NCBI GenBank assembly: GCA_964291625.2
Contig: OZ220089.1
Span: forward strand, 3,840,001 to 3,904,000
DNA: 64,000 nt
Origin: Candidatus Latescibacterota bacterium
Lineage (GTDB): Bacteria; Latescibacterota; UBA2968; UBA8231
Reading direction: 5' to 3'
Shown: one piece after another, positions 60,893 to 64,000 of the stretch
Position numbering within the stretch: position 1 is the first letter of the stretch
How the letters are laid out: every line of letters begins with the position of its first letter
Position numbers and translations under genes: made by a program
The notes under the pieces: model-generated
Told to the model about the DNA's origin: nothing
Seen by the model: only the letters and a program-made list of their open reading frames with translations
Databases searched by the model: none

Positions 60893-63109
60893 CTACGGCC
60901 GCGGCGACCACAGCATCGCCGGCGCCGTGATGCCGCCGGTGCCGATCTCGTTCAGCTCCTCGTTGAGGATTCTCACGGCCACGGTGTTGGCCGCGCCTGG
61001 CCGCAGGGCGGCGGTGGCGTCGAACTCGAAGGGCTTGAAGCTGCGCCCCGGGCTGTCGCCGAGCAGGCGGCCGTTCACCCAGACCCGGGCCTGCTCGTCG
61101 ACGCTGCCGAAGAAGAGGTGGATCTGCCGGCCCTGCCATGCGGCCGGCACCTCGACCTCGGTCCGGTACCAGGCCGCTCCCTTGTAGTAGTGCAGCCCCT
61201 GCTCGCTCCAGGTGGCGGTGCTGGTGTGCATGGGCTGCCAGTTGCCGCCGATCTCCCCCTCCCGGAACCAGCCCAGGCTCTCGCCCACGCCGGTGGGATC
61301 GATGAGGAATTCCCAGACCTCGGGCAGGGGGGCCACCAGCTCGCCGCCCTCGACGGTGCGCTCGTGGGCCTGCTCCACGGCGGGGCTCCAGAAGCGGTCG
61401 AGGTAGGAGTGGGCGATGCGCGGCCACAGCAGGTGGGCGTTCTCGGCCAGGGGGTAGGCGAGCATCGTGTCGGTGAGGGCCCGCACCTGTTGCAGGCGCT
61501 CGTTGGCGGCGGCGAAGTCGAAGGCGTCGCGATACTCCAGCATGGCGAGGAAGGCCTCCAGCCGCTCGTGGGCGAGGGCGTAGACGCGCACCCGCTCGGC
61601 GTGGACGCCCTCCGCCAGACCGGAGGCTTCCGCCAGCAGGCGGGCGGCCTGCGCCCGCCAGGGGGCGTCGAAGACGCGGGGCAGGCAGTGGCTGCTGCCG
61701 GCGTGGCAGTCGGTGTCGCGGTAGGCGCGGTCGATGGCGTCGAGGTAGGCGCCCATGGGGGCCGCGGCGGGGCCGAAGAAGGACGCGTAGAAGTCGGCCA
61801 GCAGCGCGTCCACGTCGGTCTCGACGTCCCACATGAGCCGCGCCGCCACGTAGAGGGTGGGCGTGTGCGCGGACCACGCCGGCATGCACTCGACGCGCCA
61901 GCCGCGGATGCCGGCGCCGTGAGCGAAGGGGGTCTCCTGGCGGAGGGCGTGGACCTTGCTGAAGGGAAACCCCGGGTCGGCGAGGTTGAAGTAGTAGCCG
62001 CGCTCGAAGATCTCCGGCACCAGCTCTCCCCAGCGCCGCATGAGGCTCTTGTAGAAGGAGCGGTCGGGGCAGACCGGGTTGTCGAGCCCGTGGAGGCGGC
62101 AGAGGGTGATCGGCGCGAAGGCGGGCACGATGCGGGGGTCGGGCTTCACCCGGCGCGGCGGCAGCTTGTACGCGTCGTAGGCGTAGAAGCCGATCTTCTT
62201 GTCGGGGAAGCGGTCCTCCATGCCCTCGAGGATCCGGTTGAAGAGCCAGACATAGCGGTCGGTCATCGACGGTCCCGCGGCGTGGGGGTCCCACTCGCCG
62301 CCGTCGAGGGCCCGGCAGCGGTCGCCCTCGCAGAACCCCCGCCCGTCGTCGGGGCCCAGTCCGATCCAGGGCCGCTCCGGGTGCTCCTCGAAGTAGGCGA
62401 TAACGGCGGCCGTGGCCCGGCGCACGACCTCGGGATGGCTGACGCAGAGCTGCCCGCCCGCGCGTCGCCCGTCCACGAGGGCGAACAGCTCGGGCTCGGT
62501 CTCCACGTCGGCCGGCGGCAGCAAGTGGATGCCGTGGGCGCCGGGGAACCAGTCGCCGCCGAGGCGCTGCCGGCGGTACCAGGGCAGGGCCCGCGTCACC
62601 GCCTGCAGGTTGCGGGCGGCGAAGGAGGGGAAGCGCACGCTCCGCTGCAGGGCGGCGGTCACCGTCGGCCGGCGGGGGACCACCGTGCCCAGCTCTCCGG
62701 GCATGTACCAGCGGACGCCGAGCTGCTCCAGCAGCTCGTAGGCGGCGAAGAGCGTTCCCGCGGGCGTCAGGCCGGCCAGGGTCACTCCGTCCCCTGTCAC
62801 CTCCAGGAGGAAGGCGGCGCGGTCACCGCTGCGGGCCCGGATGAGTTGTACTGCCTCCGGGCTCAGCTCCAGGCCGATGCGCACGGGCGCCAGGCCGGCG
62901 GGGGCCGCGCCCTCGACAATGGGCAGCTCGACGCCGCTCATGAGCCGCAGGTGGTCCCGCAGCTCGCGCGCGGCCAGGGCCTCGTCCTCGTGGGGGTCCG
63001 GCGGCAGCACCAGGGCGGCCAGGGGCTGCCCGCCGTCGATCAGGGGGATCCCGGCGGCGGCCGGCCCGCAGAGGGCGGGAATGCACAGGATGGCGGCGGT
63101 GAATCTCAT
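60893..63109 (-). CDS. Secreted DUF4838-domain protein with C-terminal GH2-type sugar-binding domain (putative glycoside hydrolase)
   Basis: Signal peptide, GTLFAAYELLEQLGVRWY, HGIH..PELFAL, QLCVSHPEV, YVAARLMWD; YKGAAWYRT...FGSVDE.ARVWVNG. Confidence 0.8.
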   Translation of the reverse strand: MRFTAAILCIPALCGPAAAGIPLIDGGQPLAALVLPPDPHEDEALAARELRDHLRLMSGVELPIVEGAAPAGLAPVRIGLELSPEAVQLIRARSGDRAAFLLEVTGDGVTLAGLTPAGTLFAAYELLEQLGVRWYMPGELGTVVPRRPTVTAALQRSVRFPSFAARNLQAVTRALPWYRRQRLGGDWFPGAHGIHLLPPADVETEPELFALVDGRRAGGQLCVSHPEVVRRATAAVIAYFEEHPERPWIGLGPDDGRGFCEGDRCRALDGGEWDPHAAGPSMTDRYVWLFNRILEGMEDRFPDKKIGFYAYDAYKLPPRRVKPDPRIVPAFAPITLCRLHGLDNPVCPDRSFYKSLMRRWGELVPEIFERGYYFNLADPGFPFSKVHALRQETPFAHGAGIRGWRVECMPAWSAHTPTLYVAARLMWDVETDVDALLADFYASFFGPAAAPMGAYLDAIDRAYRDTDCHAGSSHCLPRVFDAPWRAQAARLLAEASGLAEGVHAERVRVYALAHERLEAFLAMLEYRDAFDFAAANERLQQVRALTDTMLAYPLAENAHLLWPRIAHSYLDRFWSPAVEQAHERTVEGGELVAPLPEVWEFLIDPTGVGESLGWFREGEIGGNWQPMHTSTATWSEQGLHYYKGAAWYRTEVEVPAAWQGRQIHLFFGSVDEQARVWVNGRLLGDSPGRSFKPFEFDATAALRPGAANTVAVRILNEELNEIGTGGITAPAMLWSPRP

Positions 63110-63445
63110 GGGGGACCTCCTCGGGAGGAGAGGCAAGGCGGCGGCGAATCTCGGGGAGACCTTCCGGTCAAGGAGGCTCGGCGGTGACCCGCACGCAGAA
63201 GGCCGGAACGCACAGGAAGGCTGGCGGCGAATCCCATGGGAGATCCCTGCGGCCACCAGGCGGCGGGGCCACTGTCACCGGCCCCTGGAGCGGCGTCGAA
63301 ACTGTTGGGCACCTTCCGGGCGGCGAGGCACGGCGGCGGCCGAACCGATGGGGGCACCCTCCATGGCGGCGGGGCTCGGCGGCTTCAGGGTGCCCCGCGC
63401 CGGCCCGGCGGCGGACCCGGGAGCGGTCCGCTCGGCGTGCCTCGA

Positions 63446-64000
63446 TCACGAGTCGTCCCTCCGGCAGCGCCAGGGCCAGCAGCTGCGGCGCCCCGTGGTC
63501 GCCGTTGATGGGGACCACCAGGTACTGGCGGCCGTCGACCATGTAGCTGATGGGGTTCCCCCGGGCTGGTCCCGGAGCCTGATCTCCGCCAGGACCGCGC
63601 CCGTCTCCAGGTCGAAGGCGCGCAGGCGGGGCCACGGGTCGACGAAAGCCTCGAAGCCCGGGCTGGCCATCCCGCGAGGCCAGCTGGTGGCCAGGACCAG
63701 CATCGTCTCCGTGGCCAGCGGGAAGCTGCGGTCGAACCAGCCCAGGGGCGGCAGGTCGAGATCGCGCAGGGCCGGATGGTTGACCGGGCCCTCGCCGACC
63801 GGGCTCATCCACAGGTGCTCTCCCGTGTCCAGGTCGATGGCGGTGACGCGGCCGTAGGGGGGCCTGGTCAGCGGCAGGCCGTCGACGAAGGGGACGTCCC
63901 ACTTGGAGCTGGTCCAGTCGGAAGCGCGGGAGGGACGCAGGAAGGCGTCCAGGACTCCCACCTTCTCCACCCGGACGACATCGGGCTCGGTGCGCGAGGG
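63446..64000 (-). CDS. PQQ-dependent (glucose/quinate-type) dehydrogenase, C-terminal part; frameshift near 63560, 3' end uncertain
   Basis: GLPLTRPPYGRVTAIDLDTGEHLW and LRAFDLETG are in one frame; NPISYMVDGRQYLVV in another; gene enters from beyond the window. Confidence 0.8.
   Translation of the reverse strand, partial: PSRTEPDVVRVEKVGVLDAFLRPSRASDWTSSKWDVPFVDGLPLTRPPYGRVTAIDLDTGEHLWMSPVGEGPVNHPALRDLDLPPLGWFDRSFPLATETMLVLATSWPRGMASPGFEAFVDPWPRLRAFDLETGAVLAEIRLRDQPGGTPSATWSTAASTWWSPSTATTGRRSCWPWRCRRDDS

Overview
High-GC bacterial window, densely coding. I found no rRNA, tRNA, CRISPR array or transposase. Three secreted proteins end in the same NPFN...WDxRD...GVY C-terminal FlgD/T9SS-like domain, and there are eukaryote-like repeat proteins (LRR, YWTD, WD40, TPR) and two PhyH dioxygenases. 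Together these suggest an FCB-group bacterium such as Latescibacterota/Gemmatimonadota, possibly host- or sponge-associated (inference). Housekeeping blocks: pdxS-pdxT, an LpoB envelope cluster, ino1 with a divergent LysR, dusB, ygfA, uppS-cdsA-rseP-queG, hemC-cobA/hemD. Main highlights: (1) a NifA-like GAF-AAA+-HTH activator in front of amtB-PII-porin-glnA, with a perfect sigma54 promoter and four copies of a GACR-N4-YGTY box in two 30-bp-spaced pairs; (2) a lower-GC, ATGA-coupled two-gene cassette encoding a small basic unknown protein and an ImmA/IrrE-like protein lacking HExxH (candidate toxin-antitoxin or defence system); (3) an OxyR-type ATAG-N7-CTAT double box between ino1 and a LysR lacking the OxyR cysteines; (4) modular secreted proteins with different passenger domains on a shared C-terminal cassette, one split by a 26-bp tandem duplication. 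Three 1-2 nt frameshifts in ordinary genes probably reflect sequencing error. All product calls come from motif recognition, not database searches.
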